NCBI RefSeq assembly: GCF_023055435.1
Contig: NW_025964112.1
Span: forward strand, 12,586,001 to 12,650,000
Source of the DNA: Haliotis rufescens
Lineage: Eukaryota
Reading direction: 5' to 3'
DNA: 64,000 nt
A model generated the notes under the pieces. The model was given only the letters and a program-made list of their open reading frames with translations. It was not told the DNA's origin and searched no databases. Each line of letters begins with the position of its first letter. The stretch's first letter is position 1. Below are positions 52,241-64,000 of the stretch, one piece after another. The position numbers and the translations under genes are program-made.

Positions 52241-53666
52241 CTTTAAAAAATAGAACCATGTAGAAGTATTCTTTGAGTGCTGAATTAGCTCCAGTACATT
52301 TCATTTTTGTAAATTACATATCGCTTACTTAAGATATTTTCAATTGAAAATCACACTTAATATGTTAAAATCAATTTAGAGGTATGGTTTCCATTGCTAC
52401 TCAGCTTAAATGGTAAGAAGTAAGAAGTCGGATTTACTGATCATATAACACGGCCAAAGTACTGATAGATATATTGCTAGTAGGATACGTGAGTCATTAA
52501 AAGGAATGAATTATAAAACGTCGCTTTATTTTATCTAATTTCAAGTCGTCAATATTCGTTTATCTTGGGAGAGAATGTGAACGAGGAAATAAAACCTAAA
52601 GGGAAGCAACTCCTGTAATACTATTTACACGTACTGAACAAAGTGCCATTCAATCATCTAGGGAGACGAAATGAGCAGCCCTGTTTTTATTGTTTTCTTT
52701 AATTGGAAAAAAGGAGTAATGTATAAGTGTAGGATTACCATTATAGCTGGAAGAATTATGCAATGTAGTAGAAGTGTAGATTTGTCCTGCTGAGATTATC
52801 TTGTCTTTATCCCGGATGGAAATGTCTGAACTGCACCCGGTGCTCGCTATCAACACGGGTCTTTCGAACTCTCTTGACAGCTAAACCTGACACAAACCTT
52901 AAAACAAGTTGCATAGAACCCCGCAATGCTGGAAGTGTTTCCTTGGGGCCGCTGTACGAATCATGTACAGGACGAATATTATATTCCACGCCATGATCAA
53001 TGGACCACGACATGGTTAAGGGACACCACACTGTATTGTGAAATTAGGTACCTCAGACCAAGGTGCGGTCAATATTGAGATCCACTGTAACTAGTATGTA
53101 ATGTGGCTGATTGTGTGTCACGGTATCCTTTCAGCATGGATCGTTATCTGTGCTCTATTATTTACTTGTTGATCCGTGAAGATCCGGGGTAGAATAGGTC
53201 TTCAGCAACCCATGCGTGCCGTAAAAGGCGACTTTGCTTGTCGTTAGAGGCGACCAACGGGATTGGGTGGTCAGGCTCGCTTACTTGGTTGATGCATGTC
53301 ATCGATCCCGATTGCGTGGATCGATGCTCATGTTGTCAATCACCGGAATGTCTGCAACAACACTCATACACATACTCAGTTTTGTAAAGTTTTTAATGTA
53401 AGACACAGCCATTTCTATATTATTCCACTGTTACGGGTGGCTGTTCAGTGAGGGTCCGTCTTCTCGAGGGAACATAGGTATTTGAAACAAATTATCTGTT
53501 CATTGTCATGTCAATTCCTGCGCCGTTTATGGGATCTCATATCTATTCCTTATTGTGTATCGTCTAGTAGCATATGAAACTGACTTGAAGGGTCTTTTAC
53601 ACGTATGAATGAAAACGGCATGACAGTACCGTTTAAACTTGCTTTCCTCTAATGCTAGAACTATAG

Positions 53667-55723
53667 CAGCCTTGTTCCCTGGGTGTGCTGCGCTGGCGCT
53701 AAACTGACCAAGGCAATGACTGCACAATGGCCGCCTCCACAAGACACGCGGACACGCCATGTTTGTACTATAGAAAACTCTAGAACGGGTGGTTAAATTT
53801 TTTTCTTAGCATTTTCATGAATGCTCTTGCAATGTATATGTCATTATTTAAGCTGTTTCGAGACTCGAATGTGGCCGTCACATCGGTGAAATGTAAACAA
53901 TGACATACACCATTTTCAACAGTGATATGTTCGTTAATATTTCGTGTCAGCTCACTGTTATCACGAAATCGTATACATAATACATGGAATTAAACGACCA
54001 CGTCAATGAAGTACCATTGGCATCTTTATTTCAGCAAATTTGATGAAGTAAATGTCGCCGATTATGTGCCGTTTTCTCCCATTGTGAAATGGTGGTTTAT
54101 TGAACGCCCAGTAACCTCAATAATGGTGTTTAATGATAGGGTCTGTCATTGGTTCCGATATTTGGCCTCTGGATTTTATTCACACGAAAAGCCATTTAAT
54201 TTTCATTTGTTTTCTTATTACACAATGAAATTAATCATAAATATATCTAATAATTTTGGATCCATGTGTGTGCTTATTAAAATGTCGGGTCTGAAAGGGA
54301 TAATAAGAAAGAATATGATCATAATTAATTTGGTACTGTCATACGTGATACACATCCATGGGCATTCTATATAATGCAATATAGCCACTGGGGAATCCAT
54401 GTACAGAACAACATAAAGAAGAGTGCTTACCATTATTATTGAAAAATAGTTATGATTATATAATCATCATGTTAGATGAAATATCTGTGTACGAAATTAT
54501 CTACAAATAAACAACTCAATAAAAGTAGTTAAGTTCCATTATTGTTCAAGCAAAGGAAAAAAACAGTATATCATGACGGTAATATATTACATTAAAAGCG
54601 CACATAAATTGTAATATTTGAGGATGAAAGCTGGCGACACATGTATACATGCCACTATTTATTTGTGAACAGTTTAACTAGGGGTGATGATTACCGGTAC
54701 CAATGAAACCTGTCTTGACTATGAGTACCATAGTTTTGGGGGCTTATAATTAAAGCCAGTAACAAAGCATATACTGACATCATTCAGAGCATGATATACA
54801 TGTAGATCTGACAGAAGTAATAAATCACATACATGTAATATGATATCATTTATTCAGCCAGTGGATAAAATGATGCATTGGTTCACTTTCTTATGCTTTA
54901 ACAGTAGTGCTTCCATACCAAGATCAACACACAATCAGTGATGTTGCTTTGAATTCAGGAGAATTCAAACTGAACTTGTTGACCGATTTTGCTTTGTAAA
55001 TTACATACTAACAAGTTCCAAACTGATTATGTCAATTTTTGTTTTTGCTTTTATTCAGGACATCATGTTCATCAGCTTTGCAAGTTTTAAGATTGTTTAA
55101 TCTGTAATTAAAAAAACAAGAAGGAATTTTCTCAGATGTCTGATTGTTGAAAACCCTTTGGAGTTAATGTTGATTGGTCAGTAGATACATGTTAAATTAC
55201 AATTATTTTTAATCTGCTTAAAAGGTATGGTTATTTCTTGCTTGCATGTGTCTTCCTTAGAATGCATCATTTGAAATTTGATAATAAATAATATGTATCA
55301 TCATAACTTGGTGACAACCCCCCTCTCCACGGTATTTCATTGACGTTGTCGTTTAATTCCATGTATTATGTATACGATTTCGTGATAACAGTGAGCTGAC
55401 ACGAAATATTAACACACATATCACTGTTGAAAATGGTGTGCGTGTCATTGTTTACATTTCACCGATGTGACGGCCACTTTCGAGTATCGAAATAATGTTT
55501 TCCTTCACTAAAAGTAACAACGGACGTTATTCTCGTGACATTTACATTGCAAGAGCATTCATGAAAATGCTAAGAAAACATTTTTAACCACCCGTTCTAG
55601 AGTTTTTCTATAGTAAATACATGGCGTGTCCGCCATGTTTGTTCGTGTAGTGGAGGCGGCCATTGTGCAGTCATTGCCTGGGTCAGTGTAGCGCCAGCGC
55701 AGCATACCCAGGGAACCAGGCTG
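53667..55723. mobile_element. Non-autonomous DNA transposon with ~350-bp TIRs (Mutator-like)
   Basis: 53667-54015 is inverted relative to 55331-55723; termini CAGCC..GGCTG; 9-bp TSD GAACTATAG/TAACTATAG; the paralogous site at ~10730 is empty. Confidence 0.85.
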
Positions 55724-55858
55724 TAACTATAGTAATTACTGAAGCGTTAAAACCACACACTCGCTCACTCATTCCACTATTGTGGCATTCTACTTTAAGC
55801 TGACACCCAATGTCTTAACTGCGTTAAATAGAACCTCACTCGCTCACTGCTGTTAGTC

Positions 55859-56095
55859 ACCCGTGAAGATCCGGGTTAGAATAAGACTTCAGCAAACGTA
55901 TGTTTGCCGTAAATGTCACTATGCTGTCGTTAGTGGCGACTAAGGGATCGGGTGGTCAGGCTCGCTGAATCGGTTAATGCATGTCATCGTATCCCAGTTC
56001 TGCAGATCGATGCTCATGATGTAATCACTTGATTATTTACCGACCGCCGTCATATAGCTGGAATATTGCTGAGTGCGACGTTAAACAACAAACAA
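55859..56095 (+). mobile_element. SINE family B, degenerate
   Basis: Family consensus; lies just 3' of the gC1q exon, as in genes A and B. Confidence 0.8.
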
Positions 56096-56194
56096 CATCA
56101 ACACTATTGGTAATCATAAGAGAACAACTTTATGTGATCTTTTTATTCATGTGCGTAAATCAGTGTACGCTGCACGGACATTGGAATCCCAGTT

Positions 56195-56598
56195 TCAGTA
56201 ATCGACATGTGTGATCGTTCCTCCATAACTTGAACATGCTACTCCTCTAATCGGAATGGTTGGTTGGCTTGAGGTAGAATACGCATCCATCCAGGCCTGC
56301 TCTCCTTTGTTCAGATGCGTCGTTGTGGTGATGGATGCTACACCACCTACTTGCCCAACGATATAACCACGACCAATCAACGACCCTTCTCTGAAGATGC
56401 GCAAACCCATGTAGGCAGTCGATTTTACCATTACATTTGCCCAGAAGATATATGTGCCAGACACGGGGGCCGTGAATCTGCCAGTGGCCTTGTTATAAGC
56501 ACCCCCTTGGTTATATAAGACGGTGTCAAATTTGAGGATCCTCAGTCTATTGTGGTTGATATCTGACTGAAGGGATACGCTGTACGCCACGTTGGTTG
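56195..56598 (-). CDS. C1qDC gene C, exon 2: globular C1q domain
   Basis: LKFDTVLYNQGGAYNKATGRFTAPVSGTYIF..HLNKGEQAWM..SSYGG; phase-1 acceptor GAAG|CA; AATAAA at 56147-56142. Confidence 0.92.
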
Positions 56599-58325
56599 CT
56601 TCATGTGAAAAGAAATGAAAATATGTATGTATATATTTCGCTGTGGTCGATTGAAATGATTCTGTCAATAGGATTTACTGGAGATCAGGTACTATTTATG
56701 CAGCGAAGACATCATCAATGTGTTGAGAGAAGTCATTTACTGCTTGGTTGATATATATCATGGCAATGAGTTTGGAATTTAAACACATCCAAGACATGTT
56801 TAGATCTAAAAGGGTTATGGAATTTGTTGACATCATAAACGGAATGCAAAATAAGTGGGGAAATCTACCTCATGGAACAGCCACATGGAACTTCCTCGGG
56901 GCTCTCACGAGAGATAGGTTTGGTGATTCTAACGGGTCAACATTTCTGTACTTACCATGTGATAACGTGTCACGGAGCTGTGCTCCAATGATCAGGGGTG
57001 TTATAAAATAAGAATAAAGTGAAAAAGAAAACGTAGTAAAAGGTTTTCAGGCTTCTCAAATAACTAGTAATTGTACTAATAGTTGACACTTAAAGATAAA
57101 TCCAATCTGCGCCCACGCATCGTAAATTATTTCTATCAGCGCAAATATACAACCAAGTTTTAGCCAAACAAGTGCATTACAGCTATAAAAAGGAGAACAG
57201 CTTAAACAACACTTTGACAAAGTACGGACCAGATGCTTAGACTGCCAATTTAGTCAGCTGCAACCAGTTAACACCTGCGTCAATTAACTCCACACTCTAA
57301 TGAGTGAATAGCCTCGGCTCATTAAAATAAGAGGAAATAAACACCGAGAGCTTATCCCTAAAATGAGTCGCTTAGACTACAAAACAGACCATTGTGTCTG
57401 AAATTCAACTAGTCTTAATCGAATAAAAATTCTGTCACTTTGACTGAACAGGGAAATACTAAAGTTCCTAACAGTTAGTTAATCATGGGAAAGTTGGTTA
57501 TCCACGGATTACTAGAAAAACTGAGTATTACAAAGCCTAGTAACTAAGATTAGTTCAGTACAACCAGACTAAGTCAGAATCTAGATCGACATGGCCCTGA
57601 ACCCACTTACTGGCGAAACCTGAGTTTCGACCATGACCAACGATTTAACGGAGCCTGGAGGGTCAAAACACAAGTTAATTTATACATGTACACTGCGCGC
57701 GGACGTTGGAGGTGAACATCCTCTCCTGGGCCGCCGGGGAATACAACTGATGGGCACACCTAGCTATCGCGTGTTTCTAAAAATGGGAAAATCACGAACT
57801 ACATCTACACTGACGATGTGAGTACCAACATAAAGTGCTGAACATAAGCTATCCAACGGTACCGTTAAAGATTTACAACAAGCTACGTAAATCATTGATG
57901 AGGCAAAAATGACCATAAATACATGAGAAATATCTGAACGTATATATAAATTCCCCTAATGTTTGCAAATCATAATTACCCCCACAAAATATTTTCAATG
58001 CAAGAATATGGTAGCGAACAAATAAGAGATAACAGACGTCCAATCAATACATGGTTTGAGAGGGACATTAGATCACAAAAGAATGAAATAGTCCGGCCAT
58101 TAATTCTGTAACACAAATGATTTGACGCAGTAAGATTGCAACCGCGCGAGTTTGCCGAGCGGTACCGGAAATAAAGACAGCGAACGGAGTGGCACGAGAC
58201 CGTGACATGGGAAAACACGAACTACGGTGGCATAATGTAATATTAGCATGCAATGCATCTTTGTTCCGAAGAGACAATGTCATTGATTCTTGGCATCATG
58301 CAACCAACTGGTTGTCTATACTTAC

Positions 58326-58581
58326 CAAGAGTTCGTGTAATGTTGGCGAGCAGTGCGTCGTTGCCTTGAGGATTATTACATGACATCTTCCTTTCACATC
58401 TCTCTTGACGTGATTTTATGGCCTTCAGTTCTGTTGACATCACAGCTACAGTGCGTTCCAGTCGAAGCATAGCGGTGAACACACTATTTAAAACACAGCT
58501 CGGTGCGTTGCCCGGTGCTGGGCTGCTGGAGGTAGAGGCAGCAACAACAAACAACGCCAGCACAAACATACAACGCATCAT
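58326..58581 (-). CDS. C1qDC gene C, exon 1 (signal peptide plus coiled coil; spliced ~219 aa; alternative ATG at 58587)
   Basis: Signal peptide; CTT G|GTAAGT phase-1 donor; TATAAAA at 58632-58626. Confidence 0.82.
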
Positions 58582-59078
58582 GATCATTGGGCTGGGTAAG
58601 AGTGATAAAGTAAAAGCTCGGTGTGTTTTATACCCTAGCTTGACGGAAGTGTCAATGTAAATATTGATTATCATCCACCAGGCATCATGATCTCTTTCTG
58701 CGTGGTCAGCATCAAAATATGAACAGCTGGCGGGCCATCTATCAGGTACGGATTTTTTCTTCTCCATGTGAGCTGATATTGGATCTTTGCAATCAATGAG
58801 TGTGAGAATATTATTAAACGCCGCAACCATCGACATACCAGCTGTGTTGGATCCGGGTAAGAATAGGTCATCAGCAACCCATGCTTGCTGTAAAAGCGAC
58901 TATGCTTGTCGTAAGAGGCGACTAACGGGATCATGTGGTCAGGTTCGCTGACTTGGTTGATGCAATACATCGTATCCCAATTGCGTGGATCGATGCTCAT
59001 GATGTCACAGTCACTGGATTGTCTGGTCCAGACTCGAGTATTTACAGACTGCCGCCATATAGCTGGAATATTGCTGAG

Positions 59079-59250
59079 NNNNNNNNNNNNNNNNNNNNNN
59101 NNNNNNNNNNNNNNNNNNNNNNNNNNNNNNNNNNNNNNNNNNNNNNNNNNNNNNNNNNNNNNNNNNNNNNNNNNNNNNNNNNNNNNNNNNNNNNNNNNNN
59201 NNNNNNNNNNNNNNNNNNNNNNNNNNNNNNNNNNNNNNNNNNNNNNNNNN
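59079..59250. other. Assembly gap (172 N) within a SINE B tail
   Basis: N run. Confidence 1.
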
Positions 59251-62200
59251 AATGAATGTGCATAAGAAAAAAACCCAGTATATATAGCCATGTTTTCGGC
59301 CGTGGTGTTATAATAAGTTGACGTTTATCACCAATGTCCATATATGCGTCCCTCGTTAGGTTTTATACCTAACTCAGGAAGCATACAACCCACATGTACA
59401 TGTACCCCTCGTGATACTGCTGCAACATATATTATTATCTGAGATTTTTATGAGGAATATAAGAAGGAAATATACCTTAGTCTCAAGAACGAGAGTTTAT
59501 GTAAGCCACATGTAATTTCCTCAGCTTATGAATTGAAGTCTCATGGGAGATGAGTTTTGCGGTTCTATCGGGTCAATATTTCTGCAATAAAGTAATCATG
59601 TAAAATTGACCAGCAGTGTAACTTTGTCCCGTAGAACGGATTTAATTGATTCTTGACCTGATGCGACGAGAGCTCTTGTAATGTTGGCGAGAAGTGCGTC
59701 TTTGCCGTTTAGATAAGATGTCATTGATAACATCTACCTTTCACTCCTCTGTTGACGTGATCCTATGGCCTTCAATTTTGTTGATATCACAGCTACAGTG
59801 CGTTCCAGTCGAAACAGCGGTGAACAAACCATCTAAATTGCTACTCGGTTTTTTGTGTACTGTAGGGCTACTGGAGGCAACAACAAACAACGCCAGCACA
59901 AACATACAACGCATCATGATCACTGGGCGGGGTAAGCATGGTACAGTAGAAGCCCGCTGTGTTTTATACCCTAGCCTGACGGAAGTGTCAGTGTTATCAT
60001 CCGCTTGTTTTACAATTTCGGTTCAAAACTTGAACCATCATTATCTCATTCTGAGTAGCCAGCAATAAAATATGAACCGCTGACGGGCCATATATCACTT
60101 CCGATAACATGTCCAATTCGTGACATAGCTTATGATTTTGGACGTCCACAGTATATCAATAGCCAACCTCAATGGTAATCACTATAACTTATACGTTGGA
60201 AACACAGTACTGATGTTTTATCTTACATTTGTGCATAGGATTCTGAAAATGAGCGAGTGTGAGAATATTGTTCAACGCCACTGTCAGTTATACTACTTGC
60301 TCAACTCACCAGATATTGTATGACATGTGACCAGTGAAGATCCGGGTTGGAATAGGTCTTCAGCAACCCATGCGTGCCGTAAAAGGCGACTATACTTGTC
60401 GATAGAGCGACTAACGGGATTGGATGGTCAGGTTCACTGACTTGGTTGATGCAATACATCGTATCCCAATTGCATGGATCGATGCTCAGATGTCAATCAC
60501 TGGATTGTCGGATTCAGATTCAATTATTTACGGACTGCCGTCATATAGCTGGATTTTGCTGAGAGCGGCGTTTGTCACTGATGCCTTAAATTTGGAAATG
60601 TCCTGCGCATGTCTACAATGAAACATTTTGAAAACTTCAACGGGGCCTTGGAAAGTTTAAATCACTCATATTGTCATACAGGGGTTAGTCACTCTGAATC
60701 TCTATGCGTACATCTAAATATCATTAGCTATTTGACCATTATTGAACATACAGGTATTGTTTTTGTACCATTAAATCACTAGTTGATTTATCCCACGATC
60801 GTGTATGTACTGTAGACGTATGTAATAAATGTGTTGTGTCCAATCAGAAAGTATAACCTGTGAAGGCGCAAGGTTGGGAAAACTCATGTCTTTGATATCG
60901 TACACTTGCACGTTTGCACATGTTTTTGGTTATTAGTTTATCGAATGCACATTGGGAGTCTGTGCTTCTCTATCTTAAGCATATCTTTTATCATTTTCAT
61001 TTTTGTGTGTGTGTGTGAGGGGGCGGTATCTGTATTAGTAAACCTCAAGGATTATTTTTAAACATCATGTGGGGCACTATGGATCTGAGCATACAGAATA
61101 GCGTATCAAAACACCTCAAACATTTCTCATGCCACCCTGCAGGATATCTTACACCTAGGTGTGTAGCACGTGGAAAAGCGATGTCAGACAGATATCAAAT
61201 GTTTCAAATCGACTGCAATAATTACTTCACACCTCTATCATTGTGACAGATGGTGGATGTTTATTTCCACTTGATCGCCAGAGATAATTACTTGACACCT
61301 TTACAATTGTGCATGTACATGTATGGTAACACAAGTGATTGTTGCATATGTTCACCACACGATTTCATTTTAATGTACTGACGATTCTCTTTAGTACTGG
61401 TGGAGGCTGTCGGGTAGCCTAGTGGTTAAAGCGTTCGCTCGTCACGCCGAAGACCCGGATTCGATTCCCGACATGGGTACACTGTGTGAAGCCCATGTGT
61501 GTGTCCCCCGCCCTGATATTGCTGGACTATTGCTAAAAGCGGCGTAAAACCGTACTCATACACTCACTCACTGTTGTACTGGTCCTTCTTAGTTCGTACA
61601 TTCGAACATATACTCTTCAATAAAGGAAGGAGATACGCGCAAATAACTTAAAATTTCAGAAAATGTAAGAGAGAAATTAGTGTCTTGTAACATTACAAAC
61701 GGTAGGGAAGTGTGACAGTAGATGTTATGACAGCGAACGACCTTGAAAGACGATAGGGGTAAGATGGGAAATGAAAAAAAAAGTCTTTTGATCAGTATTG
61801 GGTATACCGCTTCGATTTGTCAAACATTCATTCACTCGACGAGACATACTCCGTATGTGTCTCGCAATGGGGATTTAAGGGAATCTGCCCCACTCCTCTT
61901 GCAGCACCTGCCAAGTTCAGCCAATGTGGTCGACCTCATATCTCCCATCATGTCCCTGACGTGTTCAATGGGGGAAAGATTTGGGTTCATTAATGACCAT
62001 GGCATTCTACGGATGTTGTTTTGTCGGAAGTGACGATTGACGATTCATGCACGGTGAGCACAGGCGTTGTCGCCCTGAAAGACAAACGTCGACCCACACG
62101 CATTGCAAACGGGACAACAAAAGCGTGTCAGTATGTTGTCCCGGGAGTACTGTCCATAAAAAAATAAAATCTGTGACGTCATTCTATTATTTCAAAGCTC

Positions 62201-64000
62201 CATTATTTTTCAGGAATGGAGAGTTGTTTGTCAACTGTACATTATCTTGAAGCAACATTGAATTAATTTCCACTTGGAACAGACGGAAGTATTTTTTAGA
62301 TTCATTGACAAGAGAATAATTTCATTTTTTTCCGAAAACGTGTCCCCAGCGGGATTCGAACCCGCATCGTTTGTTTTGATAACTTGTAATTGTCAACCTC
62401 AGCTACGGCGGCACATGAAGGTATGGTGTGAAATTTACTATTAAATATTTTCATAATTTTGCATAATGCTTAACAGCTCAAAATAATATTATATATTTTG
62501 TGTTAGAGCAGGTTACCTACAACAATGTTCCTATTTATAGCAATTAAATAAACCTTTTGCGAGAAAAAACAAATAAGGTAATATAAATATCCCTTCTTCG
62601 GGGCTCTATATTTCCTATTATTTCCGTCAGCATGTATGAACAATGTACAAGCGATAAATACTGGTTTATGGCCCAACGAAATTATGAAGAGCCGTGTACC
62701 ATGCATTGTAAATGTCAGCTCGCGACGGAGCTTGGCGCACTTGCAACAGCAGTCGAGAACACATTCCTCGTGCATCACGCAAGGGCGACTCACGCAGTAA
62801 AAATACAGACAACAAAGAGTTCTGGTTTATTTTTCTAATATTTTCAACAAAAGAATATTTTGTCAAAGTGTAAAAGTAGGGACGAGTTTTAAGCAGGGGA
62901 TTATACTCGTAACTCACCATTCCTTAAAAATATTGGGCCCCTGCGGCGCCTCTGCTCCATTATTTTGAATGAGTGAATATGGTTTTACGCCGCTTTTAGC
63001 ATTATTCCAGCAATATCACGGCGGGGGACACCAGAAAATGGGCTTCACATATTGTGCCCATGTAGGGAATCGAACCCGGGTCTTCGGCGTGACGAGCGAA
63101 CGCTTTAACCACAAGGCTACCCGACCGCCCCCCATTATTTTGAAGGAATGGAGAGTTACTCGGACATTGCCCTCCTCGTTACCCTTCCTTGCACAACATG
63201 GAGTGGGGTTCGGTCAGTGATAGTGATGCCACCCAGCACCATAACCGATCCCGTAGGCTACACATGTTGCAGACGCCGCATCGCTAGTTCATACACAAAC
63301 AATGAATGAAATAAAGTAAATCAAAACTGTATGACTCAAGACGATTGACAGAAATAATATCACATAGAGATTAATATAACTTCCTTAAAAGTAAGAGGCG
63401 ACTACCTGGATCGGGTGGTCAGGCTCGCTGACTTGGTTAATGCATATCGTCGTATCCAAATTGCGTGAATTGATGGGCATGATGTCAATCAACGGATTGT
63501 CTTGTCCAGACTCGATTATTTACAGACCGCAGTCATATAGTTGGAATATTGCTGAGTGTGGCGTTAAACAACAATCAAACAAACAAATGGCTACTCAGCC
63601 ATCCCTGTACAGTGGAGCATGTAATGCACGTGCACTTACATGTAGTCGAGGTCAGAATGTTTGTGCTCCTGAACTGATACGAGATGTACTTGATGCGAGC
63701 AGTTTGGGTCGGAAGTATCACTGTTCCCTTAATCTCGGGATTACCGCGGCCCCTACTTATAGACATTGCTAAGGATTTCCACTGTCCCCACCTGTCAGGA
63801 TTACCATGGCTTACTACTGTCCATACATACCGGGATAACTAAGGATTACAACTGTTCCAACACAAAATGGATTACCATCGATAAACACTGTGCCTACAGA
63901 CCCGTGAAGATCCGGGTTAGAATAGGTCTTCAGCAACCCATGCTTGCCGTAAAAGGCGCCTAACGGAATTGGGTGGTCAGGCTCGCTGACTTGGTTGATG
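59251..64000. repeat. Diverged paralog of 13855-14930 and 42.85-47.4 kb (upstream flank of the gene unit)
   Basis: Same order of orphan exon, SINEs, TG repeat and Tc1 fossil. Confidence 0.9.
59600..59917 (-). pseudogene. Frameshifted orphan C1qDC exon 1
   Basis: MMRCMFVLALFVVASSS..LDGLFTA followed by a frameshift; paralog of 14251-14526. Confidence 0.8.

Overview
Eukaryotic, repeat-rich genomic DNA, most likely from a gastropod mollusc such as abalone (inferred only from the SINE types and the gene family). The window is a minus-strand tandem cluster of two-exon secreted C1q-domain-containing (C1qDC) genes. Each has a TATA box, exon 1 (signal peptide plus coiled coil), a phase-1 intron and exon 2 (globular C1q). 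Two copies look intact (13292->11153 and 58581->56195, each about 219 aa). A third has its gC1q exon split by a young 5'-truncated LINE (20169-21970, 13-bp TSD). That broken gene (promoter, exon 1, intron, first ~31 gC1q codons, LINE 3' part) was then amplified as a 3618-bp tandem unit (4 copies). A fifth copy came from a 7796-bp duplication whose breakpoint lies in a chimeric SINE. Each unit could encode a ~126-aa secreted 'headless' C1qDC, with its stop codon and poly(A) signal supplied by the antisense LINE. The window also holds orphan exon-1 copies, three SINE families, Tc1/mariner fossils, several MITE/foldback elements, a 25-bp satellite and a 172-N gap. Splice models were built by eye; no expression evidence is available.
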